In this document: in pieces, positions 1 to 11,580 of the stretch
How positions within the stretch are numbered: position 1 is the stretch's first letter
Layout of the letters: each line of letters opens with the position of its first letter
Assembly: GCF_009834535.1 (NCBI RefSeq)
Contig: NC_045696.1
Span: forward strand, 46,626,001-46,690,000
Source of the DNA: Camelus ferus
Taxonomy: Eukaryota
Direction of reading: 5' to 3'
DNA: 64,000 bases
Position numbers and translations under genes: made by a program
Notes under the pieces: model-generated
What the model was told of the DNA's origin: nothing
Database searches by the model: none
The model's input: only the letters and a program-made list of their open reading frames with translations

Positions 1-419
1 TATCCCAAGAAAGAGAATTAGGAAGTAATTTGGCTACTCTTGTTCACTGATGTTAATCCACGAACTACGGATGTTTGGTATGAGCTGAACTGGACGTCCA
101 GGGGAAGCCACAAGCTTGGCAGGAAGTCACAGGCATTTGGAGGCAAAGTACGGGCAGGAGCCTCCTGCCCTGGGAGAGGCTGTCCAGGGATGCTCAGCTG
201 CAGAGCTGGTTGGATCTGGAGGCTGCAGATGAGCCGGTCCAAGTGTCATCCACCAGAAAGGAGTCTAAAGCTAGATAGATCAAAGTGGACACTTGAGAGA
301 GTTTCAATATCAAGGACAGTGTAGCCAGAAATGAGTCAAGATAAAGAAAACAAAACCAAAACAAATAAAAAAGCAAAATAAAACTAGAGGATTGAGAGAA
401 GGAGGGAATGTACGGGAAG

Positions 420-636
420 GGCACAGAGGGCGTGGGCCCAGAGAACTCCCGCGCACCGGTGGCCGGACCAGGTGCACGGCTTCCCCCGGCGCCCCCACCT
501 CCTGCCGCCGCGGCGGTCCCCCGACGTCACGCGCGGCATCCTCCTCCGCTCGGAGGAGTCGACGTCACACTTTAAAGCCTGCACTTTTCCACAGGTCTGT
601 CTTGATTTTAGGAGTGAAATTACGCCTTGGGTAAGT
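420..636 (+). promoter_or_regulatory. CpG-rich promoter-like element with two CRE-like motifs, a TTTAAA box and a putative first-exon splice donor
   Basis: Dense CpG cluster at ~430-570 in a CpG-poor background. CGACGTCAC occurs at 522-530 and 560-568 (GTGACGTCG on the minus strand, containing the TGACG CRE half-site). TTTAAA at 571-576. Consensus donor TGG|GTAAGT at 630/631. Strand inferred from the donor only. Confidence 0.55.
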
Positions 637-3482
637 TCCTTTTCAGCAGCAATCAGTTGCATGCTTTAATTTTTTTTAACCAAAATAATAAGCTATCTTC
701 CCAGATTATCTGAATATACTTAAGTCATATCAAGTCATAAAATTAAGACTTTTTTTTCCCATAGGTTTTCTGGGGTGGGAAGATATAACTAGGTCAATCT
801 GTATTCTTGCCCCTTGCTGAAGCATATAAAAAGGAGCCCACACAGTTCTGAAAGCACATTTTTAATCCTCCTCATTACTAAACTAGAAAGGGTATCAGTT
901 CCCTTGTTCCCACACGTACAATAGTGAGTCCCGGCAGGAGCCCTTATCATCCTCCTTCCTTTGCATTAAAGAAGCTTACCCCTCCGATCCTCTCCACGTG
1001 ACTCGCTCCAAGTTTCACGCCTGGAAGAAAGGATGCTGCTGCTTCCTATTTCTAAGACCCGTTCCTTTCACTTTCTGACTCACATTTGTTATCTCCCTTG
1101 TCACAGAAGCTGATTCAACAAACACATATTCAGTTATCCCTCCCTCTTCATCTCATGCAGTAGCAGGAGCAGAGACCAGGTGAGCGTGGCATTGAAACCT
1201 GGGCGCTGAAATGCCCTTGCATGCGGTTTACAGAGCCCAGTGAGTACTCCCGCACCGGTATGTTCCCTGCAGCTACATCTTGGTAGTTGAGTAGTCTGTG
1301 CTTCTCCAGTGGACGGACTGGCTGGTTCACTGCAGCCTTATCCTCAATGTAGGCGATCTGCTGAGCTCTCTCCTTAAGTGGTACTTGGAGGAATATGCCC
1401 AGAGCTTGTGAAAGCAAGGCCAAATATTAGCATTGGTTGTGTTCATTGACCTAATCGTTTTGCCAGTGGCAGGACTGAGAAGCAGCAGGCAAGGATGGAG
1501 TGGGGAGTGGAAGCATGGGAAGTGAGAGAAGCCCCTGGGGGTGAGGAAGGATGATCTGAAATAACCTGGAAATGGACCAGCTTCTACTGCAGAGCACATG
1601 CTGCTGGGTGGGCCTGGTGGCCAGGTGAGGTTCTCCGAGGCTGGGATGGGGACTGGAGGGTAGTGGAGGCGCAGGATCTGGGCTTGAGGGGCCTGGCCAG
1701 CCCCAGCTGTATAAAGGGAAACCGGCTGTTGCAGTAGAAGCAGACAGCAGCCTGAGGGCTGAGCTGAGCAGAGCCTGCCAATGGGAAGCCGGAACCAGGA
1801 ACCGAATTGGAGCAGGTTCCTCGGAGACGAGGTTGGCAGCCTGTACAGGTGCACAGGGCCATGAGCTTGGTTAACTCTCTGCTTCCATGGTCTTGAAACT
1901 CTTAATACTTTTTTAACAAGGGGCCTGGCATTTTCATTTGTCACTGGACCAGTCTTGAGTTGTGGTATGGGGCCTGGATACCGGAGGGGAGTTTCTTCTT
2001 AGGTGACAGGTGACAGGGCACCCGGCAGCAATATAGGGCTTGGGACAAAACTCCATCCTGTTCCACAGTCTCCATCACTTGCATATCCTTACCCTGCTGG
2101 AGGTTTCTTTAGAGCAGTCTTCACTTGTGAAATTCAAGTATTTATTGTTTGCTTGTTACCCATCTCCCTTTTGCCCTCAGGAGGCAAGGACAGTCCACCT
2201 TGCTCCTTGGCAGTCCCCAGTTCCTACAACCTGTCAATATGCGCTGCCCACGGGGTGAACTGCAGGTCTTGAGAATGGTAACGTTCCCAGAACCCCAGAG
2301 GAACCGCTAGACTCCACAGGGATCCGGGCAGAGCTGGGAAGGAACTCAGACCTATGCAGGAGGCTCGGGGTCTGGCGCAGAAGAAGAGCAGGTCTGTCTC
2401 AGGAAAGAAGGAAGCTGGTGTCGAGGAAGAGATTTGTGGAAAGGCAAGCTCAGTGTTTACGCTGCTCGCCTTCATCTATTCCCTGCCTCCAGTAGCCTGG
2501 GGACTGGGACAATGGCCGGAACATGTCGGTGGGAGAACCACTAAGTGAACCGGAGGCAGGCGAAGGCAGCTTCAGTAAGATGGGTGTTGCTGCCCTCAAA
2601 TATTGCTGACTGCCTAAAAGCAATGTCCAAATTGGCAAGTGATATGCCAGTTTAGATTGGTTTGTATTCTAAAGGTGAAACAGAAATGGAAACAAGGTGT
2701 TCTCAATTGTTCTCACCCCAGCAGATTGATGGCAGCTTCCAAAGTCTCAAAAAGAAGAAAAAAAAAGCATCTACTGATTGGAATTGCCCATGAGGCTTGA
2801 TTTAAGACCCTACTGACGACATCATCTTGTAACGTTTCAGAATTGTTATAAAACTAGCTTTTGTCAATGCACTTCTCATTATGTACACATGCTTTGTGCT
2901 TGTGAGGATCTGCACCCACAGCCACAAATGCTCATGGGGGCTGCCTGACCCTGGAGTGCCTTGGACCCATGGTGACAGCTCTGGGTTTTGGGAACTAGTA
3001 CAAGAGTTTCCAGGATGAAACAGCTTTCCCCTTCCTAGCCGAGTACTCCCCAGATCTTTCCTCTCTCTGGATTGCCCCCCACCCCACTTCCCCTGACTTG
3101 TACAAGGACAAATGGAGGCGCCGTAGCTGAAATCACAATAAATGATGAGCTTGTGTCCCTTGAGCAAACCATGATAAATGTGGAGGCACTGGGTGTAAAA
3201 TAATTATGTTGATTTCCGATTAGCCTGAATGGCATGTTTGGGAAAATAGTTAAACCGAGAAAGTCCTTCAATACTGGCAAACCTGCTGCTATGCCCAGTG
3301 CTGCACCCACCCCTCCTGGTCTCAGATAGATACAACTTTCTCCTTGCCAGTCACACCCCCAATCAGAGCGGCTGAGGACCTGTCAGAGGACACATGGCCA
3401 TCGGGTTTATCATTTAGGCAGGACATGAGTTCTACTTAATAAGAAGGAAATTATTTTTTAAGTGCCTGATCGCTGCCTTCAC

Positions 3483-3660
3483 TACAGCGTGGTAGTTAAG
3501 TCCAAGGCCTCTGAAGGCACCGTGCCTGGGTTCAAATCCCAGCTCTGCCACTTGTTAGCTCTGTAACCTTTTACAAATTATTTAATGTCTTTGTGCCTCA
3601 GTTTCCTTATCTGAAAAATTAACTCCCACCTTATTGGTGAGGATGAAATGAGTCGGTTAG
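3483..3660 (+). mobile_element. MIR SINE (continues at ~3990-4040 after an MLT1 insertion)
   Basis: MIR core: ctgggttcaaatcccagctctgccactt...gcctcagtttccttatctg. Confidence 0.8.
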
Positions 3661-3664
3661 CAGA

Positions 3665-3988
3665 GTCAGTGTGGGCTGATCTAACAAAATACCATGGACT
3701 GGCTGGCTTGAACAACATTTACTTCTCTCCATTCTGAAGACTGGGAAGTCCAAGATCAAGGTGCTGGCAGATTCGGTGTCTGGAGAGGACCTGCTCCCTG
3801 CTTCATAGACATTCATCCATCTCCTGTAACCACATAGGGTGGAAGGGGCCAGGGAGGTCTCTGGGGCCTCTTTTATAAGGGCACTCAGCCAAGTCACCTC
3901 CCAAAGGTCCCACCTCCTGAAACTATCACATTGGGATTAGATTTCAACATAAGAATTTTTGGGGGATACAAACCTCGCATCCATAGCA
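3665..3988 (-). mobile_element. MaLR MLT1-type solo LTR
   Basis: aacaaaataccat..ggcttgaacaaca..ctgggaagtccaagatcaaggtgctggcagattcgg..tcacattgggattag..tccatagca. Confidence 0.8.
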
Positions 3989-5239
3989 TTGATACATATG
4001 AAATGCTTGGTCTGCTTTAAGGATTCAGTGCATGTTGACCATTATTCCATTTTGTTCTTCTTAGCACTTCTCTTCTGATGGGGAAATCAATTCCTATCCT
4101 CTCTTATCCCCTCCTGTTTGGACTTACTACTCCCGAGGCGAGAGTGTGGGCTGAGTTGTTTGGCATTTCTCAATTATTAATCCATTATTTAATCAATCAG
4201 TAAAGATCTCACAGTGTACACAAAGGCATAGCGTGGGTGTTTTTCATGCAGGGAATGGACTGTGTTGACTGACCTCTGGAGGCTGAGTGTCCTGCCTGTT
4301 GGACACAAGCTGCTCAACATGGTGACCAAATGTACCACGTGACAAGTGAAGAGGGATGGACTGTCAGCAAAGAGTACACTTTTGGTGTTCATTTAGGGTT
4401 CCCTAGAGTCACATCAAATCTAAGGCTCCCTAAAAAGAATGAGAACCAAATCAAACCCGTTATCAGAGTGAAACATCTCTTTCCAAGGCACCTTGTAACC
4501 AGGCATAACTCCAAGTCGTATAATCTGCAAAACAGAGATAATTACACCTGCCTGCTCTGTGTCGCACAGAGACAGTGCGAGGATTAATTAAATAATGACT
4601 GCCAAGAACACCAAGCTCCTTGGAGATAAATGTTCTACAAATGCAATCTTAGATTATTATTCAGAACTCCATTCTGTAAATATCAGCACAGACCCTCAGC
4701 TTATGAGACCAGACCACATCTGCACAGCTGGAATACCTCAGAGGATAGAAAGCCTGTCTGGAAAATTCCTGACCACCAAACTAACACGTTATTAGAGGAA
4801 CTTTGCTTTGTATAGTCGCACACAACTTGACAGATGCTTTCTTAACAGTTATCAGAGTCTCACACCAGGCATTTAGATTTGGCATTACAGCTTCAGTGGT
4901 TATATTGGTCCCTTCCAGAAGAAAATCTCTCCGATGGTTAGGACCTTGTTTAGCTGATCTCACGCCATGTGACTTTATCCCATCCCTGGAGAGTGACCAA
5001 ACGTCCTGGTTTGCTTAGAATGCAGGGCTTTTAGTCCTAGGAAAGCTGGATGTGGGAGTTCCCCTAACATGTTACTGATAGTAATGATACCAAATGTGCT
5101 TTTGACCTCAGGGATTTACCTCTGAGTCCTGGTAACCTGTTCTACAAAATATTAGGTTTGGAACTGATAATACAAAGAAATAATTTTGTCCAAGGTGTAG
5201 TTCTGAATACTTCATGCTTAAGACTCACTGTAACATCTG

Positions 5240-5395
5240 AAGGAAGGTACTGTCATTATATCCATGTAACAGATGAGGCACATAAGATAAGGAATTTGCT
5301 TAAGGTTACACAGCTGGTAAATTGGCAGGACTGAGGTTCCAACCCAGGTGACATGGTACCGGGCCCATGCTCTTAAGCACCATGCCGTACTGCCT
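5240..5395 (-). mobile_element. MIR SINE
   Basis: acagatgagg..aaggttacacagctggtaaattggcaggactgagg..aacccagg (reverse MIR core). Confidence 0.7.
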
Positions 5396-6081
5396 CTCTA
5401 AGAGACCTTCCTGAGTCCAGAGCTGATGATTTTCCTACAAAAAGAAGCCATTTTTCCTTTATTTCTACCTGACAATTGTAACAACTCAGTAACCTAAGGG
5501 TACAAGGACAGATACATATCATCTCTATTTCTCCCATTAAAATACAAATCGGCTTAGGAATCCCTGTGCCAGATGGTCAGCAAATCTACTCTCTCCCTTT
5601 GGAGTGTTCCTCTTCCACTGAATTGTCTTGGGTGGCAGACTATGCAGGACACACGAGGAGTCCACTCCATCTAGTTGTAGGATGCTCTGGAAGTCCTCTG
5701 CCACCACTCCTGCCTTTTTCCTCCTGTCCATGAGCTGTCCTGAAAGCTGGCCCTGCAGGCCGCCCCATCACAGCCGGCTGAGCCGTCACTGGCCTGGCCT
5801 CTGCTTTCTGCGATGGCCCTGGCACTCTCTCCGTGCCAGAGATGTTCAGAGATGACACTCTTGCTGACTTGCTGGGGTTGCAGCTGTCTGTGTCAGAATT
5901 GTGTCAGAATCATGTCAGGCCTCTACCTCTGGTGGATACAGACCTTTCTTCCCTCTCCTCTCCAAAGACTCATGAATCTTGGAGTCAGGTTGCTTTTCCT
6001 TTTTCAAACCTCAATCAAAAAGTGCCAGTTACAACTCCTTTCTACTGCAGTTGAGTTACTGACTCACAGTCCTAAGGACAG

Positions 6082-6455
6082 CAGTCTTAGCTCTGCTGCT
6101 GATACAAAACACTGTAGGCTGGGTGGCTTACACAACAGAGATTTACTTTCTTATAGTTCTGGACGTCTGAGATCAGGATGCCAAGTGGTTGGGTTGTGGT
6201 GAGAGCTCTCTTCCTGGCTTGCAGAAAGCTGCCTTCTTGCTGTGTCCTCACAGAGTGGAGAGAGCTCTTCTCCACAGTGGAGAGGTATCTCTTCTTTTCA
6301 TAAGGGCACTAATCCCATCACATGGACCCCACCCTCATGAACTCATCTAAACCTAATTACTTCCCAAAGTCTACAGCCCCAAATACTATCACACTGGGGA
6401 TTAGAGCTCCAATACATGATTTTGGGGGTGAGAGGGACACAGTTCAGTCCATAGC
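6082..6455 (-). mobile_element. MaLR MLT1-type solo LTR
   Basis: gctgggtggcttacacaacagagattt..aagggcactaatcccatc..cccaccctcatgaactcatctaaacctaattac..ttcagtccatagca. Confidence 0.85.
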
Positions 6456-9400
6456 AACAACTAACTGATTATCTTCTAGGGATCCTAGACCCCACCTAGC
6501 ACATCTCACTCGACCTGTGAAAAATAGCATCAAAATGATGACTTAACTCACCTAGTTTAGGGCTCAGTGACTTAAGGATTTGTTGTAGTTGCAAATGGCT
6601 TTGGCATACACCCACATCCCTACTCCTGATTTTTAATATAGGGTTAATGTTTAAGTGGTTCAATCAAATGCAAATGGTCACTTTTGCAATTCTGCAATTG
6701 GCCATCGCCATTAGCTAGATGCCAGTTCCTGGTCACACCTTGTTTAGTGCTGCAGCATATGCAGAAATGCTCACAGGAATCAAGGAGCTAGAAGCAGATA
6801 CCTTGTGAAGCAGAAGTGCCTAGGGTTGAATGAACTGTTGAGCTAGGATGATCAGGCTTTCTGGACACATGGTCTCTGATTATTGAAAACTGACTAATCG
6901 GAGGTGTTTCCTATATGAAAAAATGCCACTAATACTTGTAACATCCACCTTTTCTTTCTTTTTGGTTTCTTTTTATCACTATGCCCTACCCATCCCGCAG
7001 TTCAAGCTTTGATTTCATACAAAGAAGTGTATTTTAAAGTATTTCTCTGATACCATGCTAACCTCCCTGAAATACCATTAATGGTTTGTTTTCTTAGGAG
7101 GTTAATTAAAAAAAAAAGGTCAATTATGGGATCCTATGCCAGAGGTAACCTGGTGTTAATCACACCTCCACTGCTTTTGGTTGAGTATCTTTGTCTGCAA
7201 GGCATGGCAAGAATTAAATAGAATAATGTATGGAAAGCACTTTGTGTGGTGTCTCATGCAATGAGTGTTAGTTGACTTTATTATTTTCATTCTCCTGTGG
7301 GACAAAGTTATTATTTTTCCCTCATATGACATAAGAACAGACAGATGAATGAATGTTTGTTGAATGATGATTATCTAGATCAGTGGTTCCCAGAATTTTG
7401 GATTTCAAGGCCCATTAAAACTTTAAAAAAGAAATTGGGATTGATATAGGATGGATTACTTTTTATTTTTCTAGCTAAGGCACAGGAAAATGAATTTACA
7501 GCTACCAGCAGCAATATGGTGTTACAGACAAAGGGAGTTATACTATGGATATAATCTATAATTGAAATGGGACAAATTTAACTTATGGAAAAACATGACC
7601 TATCACTCACTTTTCTCATTTTACTGAGGAATGGTGTTCTCACAGTGGTCTGGCACAGGGACAGGGGCCAGTGTTTAGAAATCACTAATCCAGCCCAAAC
7701 TGGTGGCTTCATAAACCATCTGAGCCAAGTGATTGTCACTCTTAATTTTAGGGATGAAGATTTCACAGTCCTCCTGGCATCTTGTTCTAAAGTTTAATCG
7801 TCCTTAAGTTACATCTGAGCTGCCAGAGGATTGAATCAAACCAGTGAAGAAAAAGCAGCCTGACCTGTCTGCCTTCTGGGCAGGCTGTGCCTTCTTGGGT
7901 GTTCAAATTTGTAATCAAATCTTCTCATAGTCATTCAGATTTGAAGTCGAGCCCTACACAGAGCAAGCACTCCTCAAATTCAAAATTAAGTGAGCACCGT
8001 GTGACTCTCACCAGAGGCTTTTTCCCCCTTTCTCTTCTCTCTAGGAACATATAAATATTCTGGAAGTATTGGAATCAACGTAATACATCCCTCTTTTGAG
8101 TCATGAGGTCTTCAATCAGAGCAAATCCAAAATGAGAGCCAGTTCACTGCCTTGGCCTGGTGACCCCAGCAGCCACTGGAGTCACTGGTTGTGTTCTACT
8201 TTTCATCCAAATCTCTGGGCCTCATCAAAAGCCTTTTCGTAGTTACAGGAGGTGTAAGGAAATGCAGTCAAACTCTCTCTACCTGACATTTCTAACAATT
8301 AATGCAAGAATCTGAAGTCTGTTGCTATTCAGAAAATGCTTAGTAATCTTGGAGGCGGGGTCTCTTTCTGTTTGGGGCAGGGTCACGGAAGGTAGGAAGA
8401 TTGATTTTATTTGTTAAAAAGATCAATTTATGCTACAAGTAAGCTGTAGAGTGGAGCTGGCTTTCCTTTCAAAACAAAATGACAATACTACAAATCTACC
8501 CCTTGTTTCTTTTAAGTTGGGTCTACACAAGACAGCTAGCTGCCAATATGCCTCATTATTTGCATCCATTTGGGGTCTGCATATAGCTGCAGAACGGTTA
8601 GAAGTTTAAGCAGGACATAAATTTAATTTGAAGTAAATTTAGGAGACAATCAAAAGATTTATTTACTTCAAAATGCTTCCAAGAAGAACAGATACCTATT
8701 TTGAACTGAAGATTTTGGATGAGGCTTACTTACAGTCTGTGTATCTTTATCACGTTTTACAATTATCCATTCTTCAGTTCTTACCTGAGGTGGCATCTTT
8801 TCTGTACCTTCAAATCAGGAAAAATGATCTAACAACAGAACAGAATATTTGGAATTTTGATTATCCTTGAAAACTTCAGGATGTGAGGCCACCATGTGTG
8901 AATATGAGCAGAAAAATGACATCGTAAAGTGTCAAACTGTAGTCTCAGTTAGCAGGATAGTAGTTTATACATTTCCAGTTTTTTTAAACTCACCTTAAGA
9001 TAAGTCAGAGGAGATTTTTATACACATAGACAGGCTCATACACATTCATGCCATGAACCAGAGAATTGCCAAAAACAGACTTCCTTTGTTAAAAAATGTT
9101 ATGATTGCATTAAACATTTTTCTAGTTCTGATTCAATAAAGGAAGGGTTATGTTAAAAAAAAAAAAGTACTCTCAAGAATCAGGTAGACAGCTGACAACA
9201 GGGAATATGTCAGCTTCATTCAGCACACACCGTTTTGAATGAAAGCACCCTCCCTTGGAGAGCAGTGTGCTTCAGGGAAGGTGGAAACATGTTGTTCCAG
9301 AGGGGAATTCTCATTACCCAGGTGACCCTGTGCAAAAATTTTGAAAACCAAAATTGCACAGTAAATGCAGATTCCCTCTGTGATGTGTGGGTGTTTTGAA

Positions 9401-10117
9401 TAAAGGCTCAATTGTACCCTTTGCCCTCCCCCTTCAAAAAATAATTATAAAAAAAACCTGCAACAGAGAAGGGTTCAGTGCTATAAGAACTCACTCAATA
9501 GACTTCTTGACAAAAGGAAGATCTATCACTGTTAAAACGGAAATAGAATTGGCTGTAGTGGCTTTCACAACCCAATGCCCCTGCTCTTAGCAAGAAACCA
9601 GGACAGTACTAGGTCCATACACTGTCAAGGGATTATCTTTTGAATACGATACACAGCCTAGATGGCGAGAAGGACATTCGAGAAGACCACAGAGACACTG
9701 AGCAGGGAGAACAATAGAGCTGTTTAAACAAAGCCTTTATTGGAGCCATTGGAAAGAGAGGCCACCGCGGCTAACGTGTCCCGGGAGATGTTTACATTAT
9801 AATCCTCAAAGGTCCAACTCTCCGCGTGTGTATGGACCAGGTCTGCACAATGCTGCCAGTCTTTGCTGATGTATTACAGCGTTAGTGCTATTTATAATCA
9901 ACAGAATTACTAAGGCTGTAATCATGTATGTTTGGTGATAGTAATTATGAGAGAATAAATAGCAGTCAGAATGCCTCGCTGCAGTTATTGATGTTGATGG
10001 CAAACACGGCCAAGGAAGGTTTGTTTTTTTTTTTTTCCTCCTTTTTCTTTTTAGGGAAACCATTCAAGAGGGCAGAACCTGCAAGAGTCTGCCAAGAGAA
10101 AGATTTTATATACCATT

Positions 10118-10290
10118 TAAAAATAGACTTCCTGAGGCCCTGGGATTTCGACATGAAGATGGGGAAGAGAGAAGGAGGGAGTATGCATTAGAATCTGGTA
10201 TGCTGTGTGCTGCGTGCCTTCAAAAGTCAAATAAAACTGTTCTCTGTCCAAAATAAATTCTAAAAAAATAAATAAAAATAGACTTCCTGA
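10118..10290 (+). pseudogene. Short 5'-truncated retro-insertion (probable mRNA 3' end) with AATAAA, A-rich tail and 18-bp TSD
   Basis: TAAAAATAGACTTCCTGA is identical at 10118-10135 and 10273-10290. The left site reads TTT/AAAAA (L1 endonuclease consensus). The insert has AATAAA at ~10230 followed by an A-rich tail. Confidence 0.75.
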
Positions 10291-11179
10291 ACGATGTCAG
10301 AAAGGTACATTGGCTCTTTAAATGGTTTATGAATAGTGGAGCTATTTTAAAAAATAATCGCATATGTGTTTGTATAAATTATACATGCAAACATATGCTC
10401 ACCAGTTCCCCTCTTGGAAAGGCTGTGGCTTATCCAGTTTGGCGCTGACACTGTCTTTCCACGGTCCCCTCTCTAGGGAGAAGGTTCTGCTGTCCCCCAG
10501 AGTGCCTGCCTGTAGAGTTCCTTCAGTACGACGCCGAGCAGTTACTTTCACATCTCTTACCACGAATGCTGGATGAGAAATAAAATCCAGAGCCTTTACT
10601 ATCTATAATTAAGAGTTCCGCTGCTACTATGATATAAAGATCGAGTTGTCTGAGAGACAGGTATTTTATCTTGTGGTGGTTTTTATTTCCTTGTGGCTTA
10701 AATTATGAGTGAATGTTTTTCTTATTTCTTACTTTCCCCATAAGTAGTCTTTTCAGCAGCAAAATTACTACTCATTCTTAATAACTACCAAGCAATAAAA
10801 TGAGCTGTCTATTTGGGAGACAGTGGGTGTGCATTCCAATTATTCCATTCATCATGATTTTAGGGCAGCAAAAGGCAGGGATTTCCAGAGCCTCCGGAGA
10901 GGCTCGCTGAAAAGACTACAGAAAGTTAGTGTTAACACTGCTTTTTGATGGAAGTGTCGGCTTCATGATAGTTCTGGGATTAAACAGGCACAGGCAAATA
11001 AAATAAAAGCAACCCCCTTACAGTTAGGAACTCTGTTAAACAGAGCAGTAGTTTGAGCTTGCTTTTGAAAGTCCATGCCATTTGATCCAATAATGTACAT
11101 TTCTAGGAGTTTATCCTAAAGAAATAATTAGATCCATGGCCAAGATGTACATTTAAGGACAATATATGCATCACTGTTT

Positions 11180-11580
11180 CTCAGAGTCCTGTTTTAGCTC
11201 AGAGCCTGTGAGCAAGACTGGCCTTGATACAGGTATTTCGAGATGGTCCTGAGAAGCAGGAGGGAGAGGGTAGGCAAGAAGGAAAAACGAATATAATGAG
11301 GTGGATGCTTTGGCTCCTGGGGCTCCCCTCCCCTCCACTGCACCCTCACGGATCTCACTCAGAAGGCCTCTGGAGTTTTCCTCTGGAAGACAGGCAGCTG
11401 CAGCATTTGTTCGAAGCTCTGTCCCCCACTGGCTGCAGGTTGCCTGGGGTCACGGGGACAACTTCTCTCCTCTGCTTCCAGGCTCCTTCAGCACTGGAGG
11501 GGCCCATGCTGCCTGGAGCTGGGCTGTCAGCACCAGGTGAGTCTGAGCTCTTGTGACACGTCACCATTGCCGTTGTGGCT
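11180..11580. mobile_element. Old ERVL-type LTR fragment (LTR16/LTR33-like)
   Basis: Resembles degenerate ERVL LTRs from recall; boundaries approximate. Confidence 0.35.

Noticed and set aside
1327..1944. Longest ORF (205 aa, minus strand) as a CDS
   Set aside because: Pro/Ser/Leu-rich composition typical of chance ORFs in GC-rich DNA, non-ATG start and no recognisable domain.
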